Assembly: GCF_009834535.1 (NCBI RefSeq)
Contig: NC_045715.1
Coordinates: 18,662,001 to 18,726,000, forward strand
DNA: 64,000 bases
Direction: 5' to 3'
Origin: Camelus ferus
Lineage: Eukaryota
A program made the translations under genes and the position numbers. Positions within the stretch are counted from its first letter, which is position 1, and every line of letters begins with the position of its first letter. Positions 1 to 12,297 of this stretch are shown here, one piece after another. Under the pieces are notes generated by a model, which saw nothing but the letters and a program-made list of their open reading frames with translations, had not been told where the DNA came from and ran no database searches.

Positions 1-161
1 TTAAAACAAGTTTCTTCTGTATAGCACAGGGAACTATATTCAATATCTTGTAGTAACCTATAATGAAAATGAATATATGTATGTCTATGTATGACTGAAA
101 CATTATGCCGTACACCAGAAAATGACACATTGTAAACTGACTATACTTAAATTAAAAAAAA
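1..161 (+). mobile_element. L1 3' end fragment (cetartiodactyl/camelid-type 3' UTR with A tail)
   Basis: ctgtatagcacagggaactatattcaatatcttgta...cattgtaaactgactatactt followed by an A run; family recalled from memory. Confidence 0.75.
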
Positions 162-510
162 AGATATTTGCAAGCTGTAAAACAATGCCACTCTGCTAAT
201 TTTTTTATTTTGAAAAGTATAGCCATCTTCATAAAATATGTACATTAGAATGAGTTTATTGTAATTTTAAAATGATTAACCACAATGAATGTTTTTTCCA
301 GTTTTAATTTCTAATGAGGCAAAAATCCATAGTAATAACCTACATAGTAATAACCTCTCTGCTCACTTTCCCCTTCCCAGAGGGTCAGCAATCCAGGTCT
401 GCCCAAGTGAAAGGCTAAAAGGCATGACTATGTATGAGACTTGGATTTGCAGTAGCTACTATGTAATTTTTTAAAAATATTTTACGTATTATTGTATTAT
501 TTAATAATTA

Positions 511-619
511 TATTTGGTGGGGGAGTAATTAGATTTATTTTTAGAGAAAGTACTGGGTATTGAACCCAGGACCTTCTGCATACTAAGCATGCACTGTACC
601 ACTTGAGCTATACCCTCCC
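511..619 (-). mobile_element. tRNA-derived SINE, camelid type, long form
   Basis: gtactgggtattgaacccaggaccttctgcatactaagcatgcactgtaccacttgagctatac (reverse-strand Pol III B/A boxes); related copies at 31583, 42091 and 47319. Confidence 0.8.
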
Positions 620-744
620 TATAATCATTTTTAAAATAGAAGTTTAAACATTAACCCATCTTCTTAGTTCTTTTGTCTTCATTCCTTATTATCAAAGAAG
701 CAAAACTAGGCCTAGTCCCAGGAAGGGAAGCATACACCTCTGAT

Positions 745-1165
745 TTCTACGGGCTGTTCTACTTAAAGGAAGGCAGCTATTATGGGAAGAATTTTTATTC
801 CTCCCACAACCTTCAGAAAGTAACCATATTTAGGGATAGAGTCTTTAAACATGTAATTAAATTAAAATGAGGTCATTGGAGAGTGGGTAGGCCTTAGTCC
901 GATATGACTAGTGTCCCTTAAAGAAAAGGAAATTTGGACACAAACAAGTACAGAAGGAGCACATGTGTGTGGGAACGATGGCCATCTGTAAGCTAAAGAG
1001 AGAGGCCTAGAACCCGTCCTTCCCTCACAGCCCTTCCTCAGAAGGAAACAACTCTGCTGGGGAGCCTTGATCTCGAACTTCCAGCCTCCAAAACTGAGAA
1101 TAGTTTTCTGTTGTTTAAGCCACTTAGACTGAGAAACCTTGTTATGGCAACTGTAGTAAACTAAT
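745..1165 (+). mobile_element. MaLR LTR (MLT1A/B-like), ends approximate
   Basis: aaaatgaggtcat...ccttgatctcgaacttccagcctccaaaactgagaa...tgtttaagccac...ttgttatggca, typical MLT1 motifs. Confidence 0.75.
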
Positions 1166-1605
1166 AAAGCAGCCAATACATTAATATAACGTTATAGTCC
1201 CAATCTTCTGGCACTTTACCTGTGGACAGAGATACCACTAGCACATACCTCATGGGATTGGAAAAATAAATTAGATAATGCACAATATCCAAAGATAGTA
1301 CACACTTAAAAAATGGCAGCCAATAACTAACGTGATATTTTTCTTTAGATGCCAAGAGCCATACAGTTTACTCCTTGAGGGCAGATCCTTAAGCGTAGAG
1401 CCATGACAGACACCCTGACATTTGGTAATCCCCAGAATACTAGAGCAAATGAAATCAAGAACTTCCAGGCATACAAGGAGATAAGCAAGAGAAATATATG
1501 AAGGAGAATAAAATGCTGAAAATAGAAAAATTGGATGAAGCACCAAACCAGGTCATTCTGATATTTAGAATTAATTAAGAGCCTACCCTAAAGCGGCTTA
1601 AACAG

Positions 1606-2529
1606 GTGGAAGGAGCACAGGCCCTGGAAAGTCTTTGGACACTGTGCCCCATACTTGCTAGCTGGGTACCTGGGCTACTACTTCAAAGAGCCTGTGTACA
1701 ATCAGGCCATGCCTGATGGCTGTCCTCTTGCTCTCTGCACATCCGCTGCTGGACCAGTCCCTCCTTCACCTCACCCTACTCACGGGTCTGACCCTTCCTC
1801 TTTTTCCTTTTTTTTATATTTCAAATATATTTTATTAATATTTTAGGTTATTTGCACTTCCATGTGAAGTTTAGTATTTGCTTATCAATTTTACAGAAGA
1901 AAAAATGCTGGAATTTTTATAGGGATTGCATCAAAACAGATGAATTTGGGGAGAAGACCAATTCAGTATTTTAAAACAGCATAATGCAATATCTCACCAT
2001 TTATTTTAAACTTCTCCTATTTCTTTCAACAACATTTTCAGGTTTTAGTATATAAATTTGGGCTTTGCTCTTAAATTCGTTCTCTAGTCTTTTATTCTGA
2101 CCCTTCCGCTTAATCAGAACTGATCAGCACCTGCCTAAGTGCTTGTCCTCTGCTCCAATGGGTACTTGTTCTGATTCTTAGACCTTCAAATGGCTTCACC
2201 ATGCTGGGCTATTAAAGAAAAATATGGCCCCCTTAATGGTTGTTAACCAAAGGGATGGTGAGAAACGGCCACCTCTCTGGTTTCCTGGTAACTGATGAGT
2301 CCACCTGACATCAATTCCCCCTCTGACTGGTACACCCCGGGGAAAATTGCTGCCATGTCCTGCCCGCTGTTGGTACAGAGTGAGGTGTTGCCCCAGGACC
2401 TTGCTTCAGACGTGTAAGATCTCCTGTCCAATAAACCACTGAAGTCTCTGTCGCTGTCTCCCGGCTCTTTCTTCCATCTCCAGGCTGGGCAATTATAGGG
2501 TTTGCAGGCCTGCGGGGTGCAGCCCAACA
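1606..2529 (+). mobile_element. ERV-type solo LTR interrupted by a 297-nt insertion; 5' end approximate
   Basis: AATAAA in ccaataaacc (~2430) and a 3' end ...gcagcccaaca; insert flanked by a 12-nt direct repeat TCTGACCCTTCC. Confidence 0.55.
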
Positions 2530-3027
2530 CTGCGATTCTCCTGATTATCTGTAAATTGGAGATGAATAATAAAGTTCTAGTTTTCCAAGAAGGACTTTAT
2601 GTGATGATATACATTGCTTCCAAGTATGTTCTTGGCACCTGAATGAGGTACAAAAAGGAAAGTTATTATAAAAAAGGCATTACATCAAATTTTTTCTTTC
2701 AACAAAATAAGTAATAATTAAATAGTTTGAGAACAAAAAATAAGTATAATTTAATAAATGTTCCACCACAAAGTGAGCTTCCCTGGGTCACATACTTCTA
2801 TATTTCCTGAGTTAGACATATTATGGCAGCTCAATTAAATAGTACATTAATGAAACCAGCATTTTCCCAGATAGGTACGAAGTACTACTGGGGGCACAGA
2901 AAATGATTATAAGCAGTATATGGACTTTGGTGTTTAAAATGTTGAAACAGAGAATGAAAATATCATTCTCTTTTCTACTCTAAATTTTTCTGATTAAGTA
3001 ACTGGGAAAGCGTTAATTTGGTGCTGG

Positions 3028-3663
3028 TGAGACAAGAGGGAAGAGGGTAGAGCACAGCCACTCAAGGAATGACAGCAATTTAACACCAAAATGGTGGAAG
3101 ATTTCAACTCCTAGTAAGACTTAAGGATTAAGAAGTTTGACTTCTAGTAGACCTTGAGCTACATTATATGCTCACTGTAACAGCGTGATGAATAACATGC
3201 CCGCAGGCGCCATGACAGTCCCAAGGACAACTGCAAAAGGCCAAAGAATGGGCACTGGCCCAATTCATGGGAATCCCAGCCCCTTCCCCAGGGCAGTTGA
3301 AATGATCTCACCTGTAGGCATGTGAAGCTACTGAGCCCATAAAAACTGACAACACCACGCCTAGCAGCCTTTTCGCTCCCTCCCCTTCAGAGATGGTCCA
3401 CATTCTGTCTATGAAGTGTTTACCTACTTTTACTTTAACCTGAACACCCAATTCCCACACCTCTCTCTTTGCCTTTATCTTGCCTTACACTGTATGCGGT
3501 ATGTGTCTCTCTAAATAAATCTACATTTACTCAACAGTGGCTCGCACTTGAATTCTTTCCTGTGCAAAGCCAAGGACCCACACCTGGCGGGACATGTCCC
3601 AGGGGCTCAACTGAGACCTGGGACACAGCCCTCCTCATGCCCCACATCCATTTTCCTGCATCA
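3028..3663 (+). mobile_element. Solo ERV1-class LTR, family A, copy 1
   Basis: TGAGAC...GCATCA termini, perfect 4-bp TSD CTGG (3024-3027 / 3664-3667), TATA-like cataaaa, AATAAA; homologous to 16953 and 27118. Confidence 0.9.
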
Positions 3664-4389
3664 CTGGCAGATCTTTAAGTTCTCTCTAACACTTGTTAAC
3701 CTTTGTCTCCCACACCACAACCTCGATTTTTCAACTTCATAACAAAGAACATGTCTGAGGCTCAAAGTAGTAGGCAGCAAATGGCATATAACTGGACTTA
3801 AATAATATGTATATTTTAATAATATTTTTTAGTTATATTCTGTTTATGGTCAGAGGTAGAAACTTTCCAGTAAGGTAGTGATGTACAGTTGTCTTTTTAA
3901 ATACATTGGTTTCATTTTCTACAGAGTATATTTAAAGAAAAAGATTAAGTAAATAATGGTATAGGCAGTACCCTGATACAGCAAAAAGAAAAAAATCATA
4001 AAAGTGGAATTTAAATAACTGAAGTTTGAGCAATACTAAATCAAATAATATAAGCAATGTCATAAAACAATAAGTGGCAAAATGACACTATTATATTTTA
4101 TACTGCTACATAAATTATATATCTATATATGTTATATAAATCATAAATAATACATTATTATAATATTAACAACAATAATTATAGCATATATAGTTGTATA
4201 TATAAATATATAATATAATTAATGTTATTTATCATATTATAATTACATCAAACTATGTTTAATATTAACTGCTATAGGAATTTAGAGGTAGTAAATATTA
4301 CTCAGGAATGTGATAATCTGGGATAGATTCTTGGAAGAGGTATAACAAGGTTCAACCTTGAAAGAAAGGATTGCTGAGACTTTAGTTGG

Positions 4390-4830
4390 TGTATATCAGC
4401 TAAATATGTTGTGTAACACATTATTCCAAAATTGAGCAGCTTGAGACAGCAAACACATTACCTCACGGAGTTTCTTAGGGTCAGGAGTTCAAGATCTCTC
4501 ATGAGGCTGCCATCAAGGATTTTGGTCATCTGAAGGTTTGACTGGGACTGGAGCTTCTAAGGTCCAAGAAAAGTCTTGCTTATTTACGATGCTGTTGGCT
4601 GGAGGCCTCAGTATCTCACCATGTGGGCATCTCTATAAGGTTATTCATGACAAGGGCTGGCTTCCTTCCTCAGCAGCAAGTGATCCAAGAGAAGTGGAAG
4701 TCTCTTATCTAATCTCGGAAGTGACATACCATCTCTTCTGTCATATCCTGTTGACCATAATCCTGGAGCAATGAGGGGAGGGCACAGATATTAGAAGGTG
4801 TGGGTCACTGGATGCCATCTGAGAGGCCAT
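4390..4830 (-). mobile_element. Old MaLR LTR (MLT1-type), ends approximate
   Basis: tgtgtaaca...ttattccaaaatt...gggtcaggagttcaag...ctctcatgaggctgc...atctgaaggtttgactgg, reverse MLT1 motifs. Confidence 0.6.
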
Positions 4831-4859
4831 TTCCCACAGTTGGCACAGAATAGTGTGCC

Positions 4860-5030
4860 TCTCAATTCTCAGAGCCATCAGTGTTATCTGGGGAATTTCA
4901 AATACCCCAGATGCCCAGGCTCCACCTCTGATAAATTTAATCAGAATCTCTGGGGGCAAATCTCAGCAGTTACATATTGTTTCAAAATATGTAACTGCTG
5001 GATGCAAAAGGAGTGAGAAACTGGAACTAC
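4860..5030. mobile_element. MER5A-like hAT DNA transposon fossil
   Basis: cagatgcccaggctccacctctgataaatttaatcagaatctctgggg. Confidence 0.6.
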
Positions 5031-5689
5031 AGAACTGATCGAGTGAGAGCGGCCATTTGCTTATTTCCTAGTTATATGGCTAATATACCATGAGAAACAA
5101 TATGAAAGATTTTGCTGTCTTGGTTTGAGACAAGGGTGGAAATAAAGCCAGAAAAAGTGAAAGAAGTGCCAGAAAGGTTAAGATTCAGGAGTGGACCTGT
5201 GTATTAAAAAGTGAGTATGGCTTTTAATGTTTGAAAGATAGCCTTATTTGTCAATGGCCCATGTTCATGTGGTCCCTGGGGAACCCCAACTGGAAGCCGA
5301 TTCAAAATTAGTGATTCTTCCACAGAGATCTGCTCAGTTCAGGAGGCTGTGGAGAAGGGGACTATACTGGAACAAAAAGTAGCTGTTGGGAATAAATGGC
5401 CTGGGGTTCCTATATCTGTAGGGAAGAGTCTGGCACTTTTCTGGGGGCCCTGATGCCGTGACTCCTTCTCTCTGACCTCTCTGGGAGGTTTCAGCAAAGA
5501 AGCAAAATGACACTTCCATGCAGAGCACCTTGCCTGTTCTTCTTTGAGGTCCAGGATGAGGGGTCGAAATGAGTCACAGCTGATCACCCAAAACCATTCT
5601 GCAACTACTAAGAATTTGAAATACATGACAAGGAAATGCAAAGACATTATACTGTCATACCAGGTTTAACACATTCTGGAAAGCTCCTT

Positions 5690-6165
5690 CCCCACCGCTC
5701 TTTCCCACCTCCAGCTATTTTGTTGCCTCAGTTCCAGCCACACTGGCCACCTCCTGTCCCTTAAAGAACACCAGGTATTTCCCCCTCAACCCACATGTAC
5801 ACTCAAGGCCTCTTGTTCCTGCTTCCTTCTGCCTAGAATTATCTTTCCTACTCCCTCATCTCCTCATCTTTGTTAAAATTTCACCTTGTTGATGAGCATT
5901 CTGTGATTATGCTATTTAAAATGGAAGAAAAAAAAAACATTTCCTATCTTTCTTTTCTGCTTCGTGTACCAGACATTTAATATCTTCTGACACTCTTTTG
6001 TTATTGCAGTTTTTATCAGCCTGTCTTTTCCCATATTAGAAAATAAACTCTGTGAGTGCATGACTTTTTTTCTCTTTAGTTCACTGCTGTATTTCTGGCA
6101 CCTAGAAGAGTTTATGGGATGCAATATGTGCTCAACAAACGTTTATTGAAAGAAAAAATGAACTA
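5690..6165 (+). mobile_element. L2 3' end fragment
   Basis: ccagccacactggccacctcctg...ctggcacctagaag...gtgctcaacaaacgtttattgaa. Confidence 0.65.
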
Positions 6166-8247
6166 ATAAACACTGTATGGGTTGGATTTTGAGGTTGAGT
6201 TTGAGACATGAAGATGTCCTAAGCCTTTCAAATGCCAAATAGATGTACAAGATTCCTTTTTAATATATACAAAATATATGTGCCTATTAATCTACAATTC
6301 ATAAGCATTCACAAAGCATTCTCGCTGATCCTCACAATATTCATGTGACTATAAAATTGATGTTATCCCTAGTTTACTGACAGGGAAACGGAGTTTCAGA
6401 GAAGCTGAAATCTTGGCCTATTAAAGTAAGTAGTAAAAGTTTTAGGAACTGGTCTCCTAATTTCAAATGTCAGTCCTGTAGGCCAACCATAACAGCAGGG
6501 ACAGGTAATATTGGTTAAAAATGAATTCTAAAACAAAAATGCTAAATACTAAAAGAAGACTCTAGAAATAAATCACACTTCTTAAGTCTAATGGAAATAA
6601 AGGCATAAAAATACAGGAAAGACAGGGAGGGCCCCGCTTGCACATAGGCAGGATGTATGTGTGTGGGAAAGGTTGAAATAGGAAGGGGAAAAAATCTGGA
6701 AAAAATTCAAGAAAGGAGAACAAAGCAAGCTGGAAAAATAAAAGAAGGTTTCAGAGATTAGATTTGGACACTAGCTCTGCAGGACGGACAGGATTTAGAT
6801 GGTAGATGAACAGGGGCGTTACAGAATGGAGAACAGCCATATGGTGTATTTCAAGAAATAACAATCTAGTGTTAGTTTATGTCTTCACTGCATCAATAAC
6901 AATACTAATTTCATATTTAATGTTGATTCATGTAGTAAAAAAAATGAATTAAACTCCATAAATATTCTGCAAGTGTTTCCAGCCAACTTTTTGAGGCTAC
7001 TGGAAACACAATCACTAGCTTTGTCAGCAGTCATGGCTTTAACTCTCTCCTTTGCTCCTGAGCTCTTTTGTTCAGCCTCAGTTTTATACTTTCTATTCCC
7101 GCAAACCTAAGTCCTCCTGTCCTTTAACGGAAAAAGGTTGAATAATACCTAGAAAAACAGCAAAGATGTTAGGTTTTTAAGATCTTAGTATCTGATGGTC
7201 GGTAGAATGCATGGGACTTTTATTTCCACACTGATTTTTGAAAATGTCTAATTAGCTCTAAAATACCGGCCTAAACACTGGGAGACTGCATTTCCCCCTG
7301 GCAGAAAAATGCCATCCTGATACTCCTCTTCACATCTCAAAGATTGCCTTTTCATGTAGGATTTCTCCCTTCAAACAGGAGAAAAAAAAAAAAAAAAAAG
7401 GTGAGGCGGAAATAGAATGAGATGCAATGTGGAGCTGACTCAGGAAAGAAAATGACCTACAGTCAATTCTTTTTCCCAAGTAAAAAATTTGACCATGTGA
7501 AAATAGTGAATAGGAATGCCACCCAACTCCAAAGGTGGTAAAACATTAACACTTAAGAATATGCTGCAGGATCCAATTGCATCTTAGTGGAACTTCACGA
7601 CGAAAGATGTGGACTGTGCAGACACGTACAGTACCTTGGTCTACCCAGGAAAAATGTAGAGTAAGTGGTAGAAAAATTCAAACATCTGGATTTTCAAATG
7701 AGGATACAATCCCACCCCTAACTGGTGAAAAGACGTGATTTAATTCCATTCTAATCCTTTTCCTCTTTCTCCATCTTTATGCGAACACTGAGGTTATTTT
7801 GTGCAAATGTGTGAGTTGGAAGTAGCAAGAAAGCACATATCCAGGATTGATGTTACATAAGAAAAATCTAAAGGGAATACAACCTGGTAATTTTCCTTTA
7901 ACCTGTTTTCTGTGATGTTTTTGGATCATGTTGCGGCAGGAGGGTGAGGGACTGCAGTCAGCAGCTGGTGAATATGGTAACTTGTAAACGTTCAGCTAAA
8001 GAACACTTGAAATTGTGTAGCAACTAGTTGGGTCATAGTTAAAATGAGTCTGGTTGTTAAATGAAGTAACTACAATAAAATTCGTTTTGGGTCATGTCTC
8101 TAGCATGTCTCTATAATCTTACTTGAAACATCAGAAACCCAAAATCTAATTTTTGCACCAATTTAGAAGCATTTATTAAAGGCTTATTAAAGGCCTTTAT
8201 CTTCCTCTAAAGTTGGTAAGTGCCAGTTCTCTTTGGAAAGCGTGGGT

Positions 8248-8263
8248 GGCTCTGAAAAGAGCC
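8248..8263 (-). other. Histone 3' stem-loop of H2B copy 1 with downstream HDE
   Basis: Reverse complement reads GGCTCTTTTCAGAGCC-ACCCA, then AAAGAGAACTG. Confidence 0.95.
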
Positions 8264-8292
8264 TTTGGGTCGTGGGTAGTTGGNNNNNNNNN

Positions 8293-8673
8293 NNNNNNNN
8301 NNNNNNNNNNNNNNNNNNNNNNNNNNNNNNNNNNNNNNNNNNNNNNNNNNNNNNNNNNNNNNNNNNNNNNNNNNNNNNNNNNNNNNNNNNNNNNNNNNNN
8401 NNNNNNNNNNNNNNNNNNNNNNNNNNNNNNNNNNNNNNNNNNNNNNNNNNNNNNNNNNNNNNNNNNNNNNNNNNNNNNNNNNNNNNNNNNNNNNNNNNNN
8501 NNNNNNNNNNNNNNNNNNNNNNNNNNNNNNNNNNNNNNNNNNNNNNNNNNNNNNNNNNNNNNNNNNNNNNNNNNNNNNNNNNNNNNNNNNNNNNNNNNNN
8601 NNNNNNNNNNNNNNNNNNNNNNNNNNNNNNNNNNNNNNNNNNNNNNNNNNNNNNNNNNNNCTGGCTCGGGCAT
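8293..8673 (-). CDS. Histone H2B type 1 (body hidden by Ns; stop position inferred from the 381-nt length)
   Basis: ATG CCC GAG CCA G (MPEP) at 8673; Ns 8284-8660 fit a 126-aa CDS; canonical stem-loop 30 nt downstream; occupies the position of human H2BC16P as recalled. Confidence 0.8.
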
Positions 8674-8987
8674 GGTGAACAGAAGTCACAACACTCCAGA
8701 AACAAGTGAGCACGGGACGGGTCGAGTCCTTTTTATTTACAGCTCCGTATGCAAGTAATATTGTAAAGCTCTATGTCTGATTGGCTAATACGAGTGATGA
8801 TGTTAAATGACAGTATTGTCCAATGAGAACACACGTTTTAAAGGCACTGAGTTTGTCTTGTTTAAAAATGAAACTGCAACGGTAGCCAATGGAATAGCTT
8901 CTTTTTCGCGCCCAGCTGCAGCTATAAATTGTGCGTTTGTCCTCTTTTTCTTTATTCGTCTCTTGCATAGGCTTTAGATATTGCATA
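8674..8987. promoter_or_regulatory. Bidirectional H2B/H2A promoter, copy 1
   Basis: Octamer-like ATGCAAGT 8749-8756, CCAAT boxes at 8780(-), 8820 and 8886, TATAAA 8923-8928. Confidence 0.9.
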
Positions 8988-9380
<393 letters not shown>

Positions 9381-9421
9381 GAAGGCCTCAATAGTAACGC
9401 AATTTTGAGCAAAGAACCAAA

Positions 9422-9437
9422 GGCTCTTTTCAGAGCC
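9422..9437 (+). other. Histone 3' stem-loop of H2A copy 1
   Basis: AAAGGCTCTTTTCAGAGCCACCTA, HDE-like GGAGGAGCTG downstream. Confidence 0.95.
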
Positions 9438-10033
9438 ACCTACTTTGTCTGCGGAGGAGCTGCGATAATACTTTGACCTACTCCCGTTGTCACTGTTGAC
9501 TAGGGGAAAAGAATTTCGTGTAACTTGTTTGGCAAGCAATTTGAAGTCATTTATCAGGTGTAGATTTTATATGCTCTTAGACGTCTAGTCATGTCTAAGG
9601 AATGTGACGAATCAGGAGCTTTGGTAAAGTACAGTATCAATCAAATGGAGAAATGTACAGGTGCAGGTAGCTTGGTCCCGAAGGAAACAAGAGGTTCCCA
9701 AGTTTGAAAGAATTGACCAATCGGAACTTGGCGCGGGCTATTTAATTCAAAGTGAGTGTGTCCTTGTAGCTAACACCCTAGAAATCAGGACCTCTATACC
9801 AGTAGTAACCCATGCTCTATGTATTCTTGGGACAATTTTGCAGAAGTTGCCTAATCAAGGCCGTTTTCTGGCTTTAGATCTTGAGAAGGTATAGAAAGGA
9901 AGCTTTCAATCTCTAAATAGAAAAAGCTGAATAGACAGGGGGAAGCGACAAACTGCTTTGGAAGGGGGTTGAGAAAGCAATGTGGTTTTAGTATAACAGT
10001 ACTGTGTGCAGCTATTTTTAGAGATCTCTGGGT

Positions 10034-10049
10034 GGCTCTGAAAAGAGCC
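10034..10049 (-). other. Histone 3' stem-loop of H1.5
   Basis: Reverse complement GGCTCTTTTCAGAGCCACCCA. Confidence 0.95.
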
Positions 10050-10081
10050 TTTGGGGTTTGCTTTTTTCAAGCGCCAACTTC

Positions 10082-10762
10082 CTACTTCTTCTTGGGAGCC
10101 GCCTTCTTCGCCTTTGCAGCTTTGGGTTTTGCTGCCTTAGGCTTAGCGGCTTTGGGTTTGGCCGCCTTTGGCTTCACTGCCTTGGGCTTAGCAGGGCTCT
10201 TGGCAGCTTTCTTAGGCTTTGCGGCAGCTTTGGTCTTCTTGGGACTCTTGGCCACCTTTTTGACACCAGCAGCCGCAGGCTTCTTAGCCTTCTTAGGAGT
10301 CTTCTTCACGGCTTTCTTGGCTCCAGCAGCCTTCTTGGGCTTCTTAGGGGTGGCCCCTGCAGGTTTCTTAGCTTTAGCAGCCCCCGCCTTCTTGGCTTTG
10401 GGTTTGGCTTCCCCGGTCGCCGCCTTCTTGTTGAGCTTAAAGGAGCCGGAGGCGCCGGTGCCCTTGGTCTGCACTAAGGTGCCCTTGCTCACCAGGCTCT
10501 TGAGACCCAGCTTGATACGGCTGTTGTTCTTCTCAACGTCGTAGCCGCCAGCTGCCAGCGCCTTCTTGAGCGCAGCCAAAGAAAGGCCATTGCGCTCTTT
10601 GGAAGCAGCCACAGCTTTAGTGATCAGCTCCGAAACAGGGGGCCCGGAAGCTTTGCGCTTCGCGGCGCCACCGCTCGCGGCCTTCTTGGCTGCTTTCTTC
10701 TTAGCAGGAGATTTCTCCACTGGAGCCGGGGCTGCCGTCTCAGCAGGAGCAGTTTCCGACAT
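10082..10762 (-). CDS. H1-5: Linker histone H1.5, 226 aa
   Basis: [24 protein letters not shown]-terminus, globular domain [12 protein letters not shown]...[14 protein letters not shown]-rich tail; intact ORF. Confidence 0.97.
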   Translation of the reverse strand: MSETAPAETAAPAPVEKSPAKKKAAKKAASGGAAKRKASGPPVSELITKAVAASKERNGLSLAALKKALAAGGYDVEKNNSRIKLGLKSLVSKGTLVQTKGTGASGSFKLNKKAATGEAKPKAKKAGAAKAKKPAGATPKKPKKAAGAKKAVKKTPKKAKKPAAAGVKKVAKSPKKTKAAAKPKKAAKSPAKPKAVKPKAAKPKAAKPKAAKPKAAKAKKAAPKKK

Positions 10763-10839
10763 GGCGATGGATGAAATTGCTGGAAGAGAGATTCAAAACT
10801 CAAAGAGCAAGTTTTGCAGTGCCGCCTTGCGCGGGCCCA

Positions 10840-11291
10840 GGGCTTATATAAGCCGATGCTGCCCTGTGATTGGTGGAGCGTCCGATCCACCGCCCTCAGG
10901 CAGTCGCCTCTCGTGGTTGGACTCCCAAATTGTGTTTGTTAGTCCGAAAAATTTGATTAAATGCTGTAAACAATGGTACAGAATTTGACTCTTTGAAGCT
11001 CCAAAACAGGAAAACAGCCACCAGGTTCTCATACTTGTTTGTGTTTTCCAGAATCACCAACAATTGATGAAAGATATTTTTAAAAATCCCTTCAGCTTTT
11101 CATACGAATCCACCCAGTTTAAGGCATCGAGCTAGTTAGCTGTGTGTTACAATAAATTTCTACTAAGTATCAAGTGAATGTTTTTAAAGAGGCTTTGTCC
11201 CTAAGTTCAGCCTTAGATTTTTGCAAGAGGAAAGATACTAGATTCCTTGGTTTTGCCATAAACTTTGTTTCGAACTGCAGCAAGTAACACA
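10840..11291 (-). promoter_or_regulatory. H1 promoter: TATA, CCAAT, GC box, AC box and upstream TG box
   Basis: ttatataag ~10844, ATTGG 10869-10873, ccgccc ~10890, TGTGTTT (AAACACA on -) 10931-10937, GTAACACA (TGTGTTAC on -) 11284-11291. Confidence 0.8.
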
Positions 11292-12104
11292 GACGCAGGG
11301 CTGCCGGTAGCCTCTAGCCCTAAATTAGCTATATACATCTTACTTTAAAAACCGGTTCGGCTTCCCAAGGAATTTCCACATGCCAGTGTCTTTAGAGAAT
11401 ATTTTGCAGCTTGGAAAAGTTCTGTTGTCAAAGTGACTTTTTCCAAGAGGAACAGAAATTGCTTTGCCTTCAGGATCCAATAACCTGCGTTCAAATTCAA
11501 ACAAGTATGTTTGGTATGTTTTTGATTACGATGCTTTCTCTCTGCTTCCTAGGTGAATTCATTAAAGTAAGGGCAAAAAAAATTCCTTAGCCTAGATAAT
11601 GTATTTTAGAAAAAAACTGAAACTTACTGAAATTTATTTGAGGTTTTCCAGTAGCCCTTAAAGCACAAACTGTTTAGATAGCATGGGACTTTGCCCACCT
11701 CTCAAGGTGCTTTTCCCAATTTTCTCACTCAGACTCCTTAGCTCCGTCACCATTTAACAAATTGCATGATCAGGAACACCCTCTTTTGTAGGACATCAGT
11801 GTGGGTATTTTTGTATGTGTTAAGTGAAGACAGAACTGTATCTTTAAGTGAAATAATTAGCCACTGAATACAAGAAGTGTGGATTGGATATTGGGAATGG
11901 AGGTGATAAATTTTAGAATTCAGGAAAACATTAATATCCAAGGGAACTGAGGCAAAGACCAGGAGGTGGAATGGTGGGTGAATTTTGCTATTTGAAGGGG
12001 GCAGGGGGGAGGAGGAAGCATGCACAGGATTTTATGCCTGAATAGGGTGTTGATTAGGATCTCTAATGCGATCAACAGTCAGTTCTTCCATGGAAAACTG
12101 TAGG

Positions 12105-12297
12105 CCAACAAATATCTCCTCAGGAACTCCTGGGGTTGAAATTATAGCTTACTACGGCCAAATCTGGACAGTGGCCTGTTTTTTTATGGCCCTCCAGCTA
12201 CGAGTTTTTCTATTTTTCAATTGTATTAGAAGAAAAATGTGAAAGAGACTATTATGTGGCCTGCAAAACCTAAAGTATTTACTATCTGGCTCTTCTG
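12105..12297. mobile_element. MER58-like hAT DNA transposon fossil
   Basis: ctacggccaaatctgg...tggcctgttttttatggcc...tgtggcctgcaaaacctaaagtatttactatctggc. Confidence 0.6.

Noticed and set aside
5339-5647. 102-aa ORF in unique-looking sequence
   Set aside because: No recognisable domain or retrocopy hallmarks; length is within chance expectation.
9969-10544. 191-aa and 139-aa plus-strand ORFs overlapping H1.5
   Set aside because: Antisense shadows of the K/A/P-rich H1 tail (AAG/GCC codons give few stops on the opposite strand); non-ATG starts.
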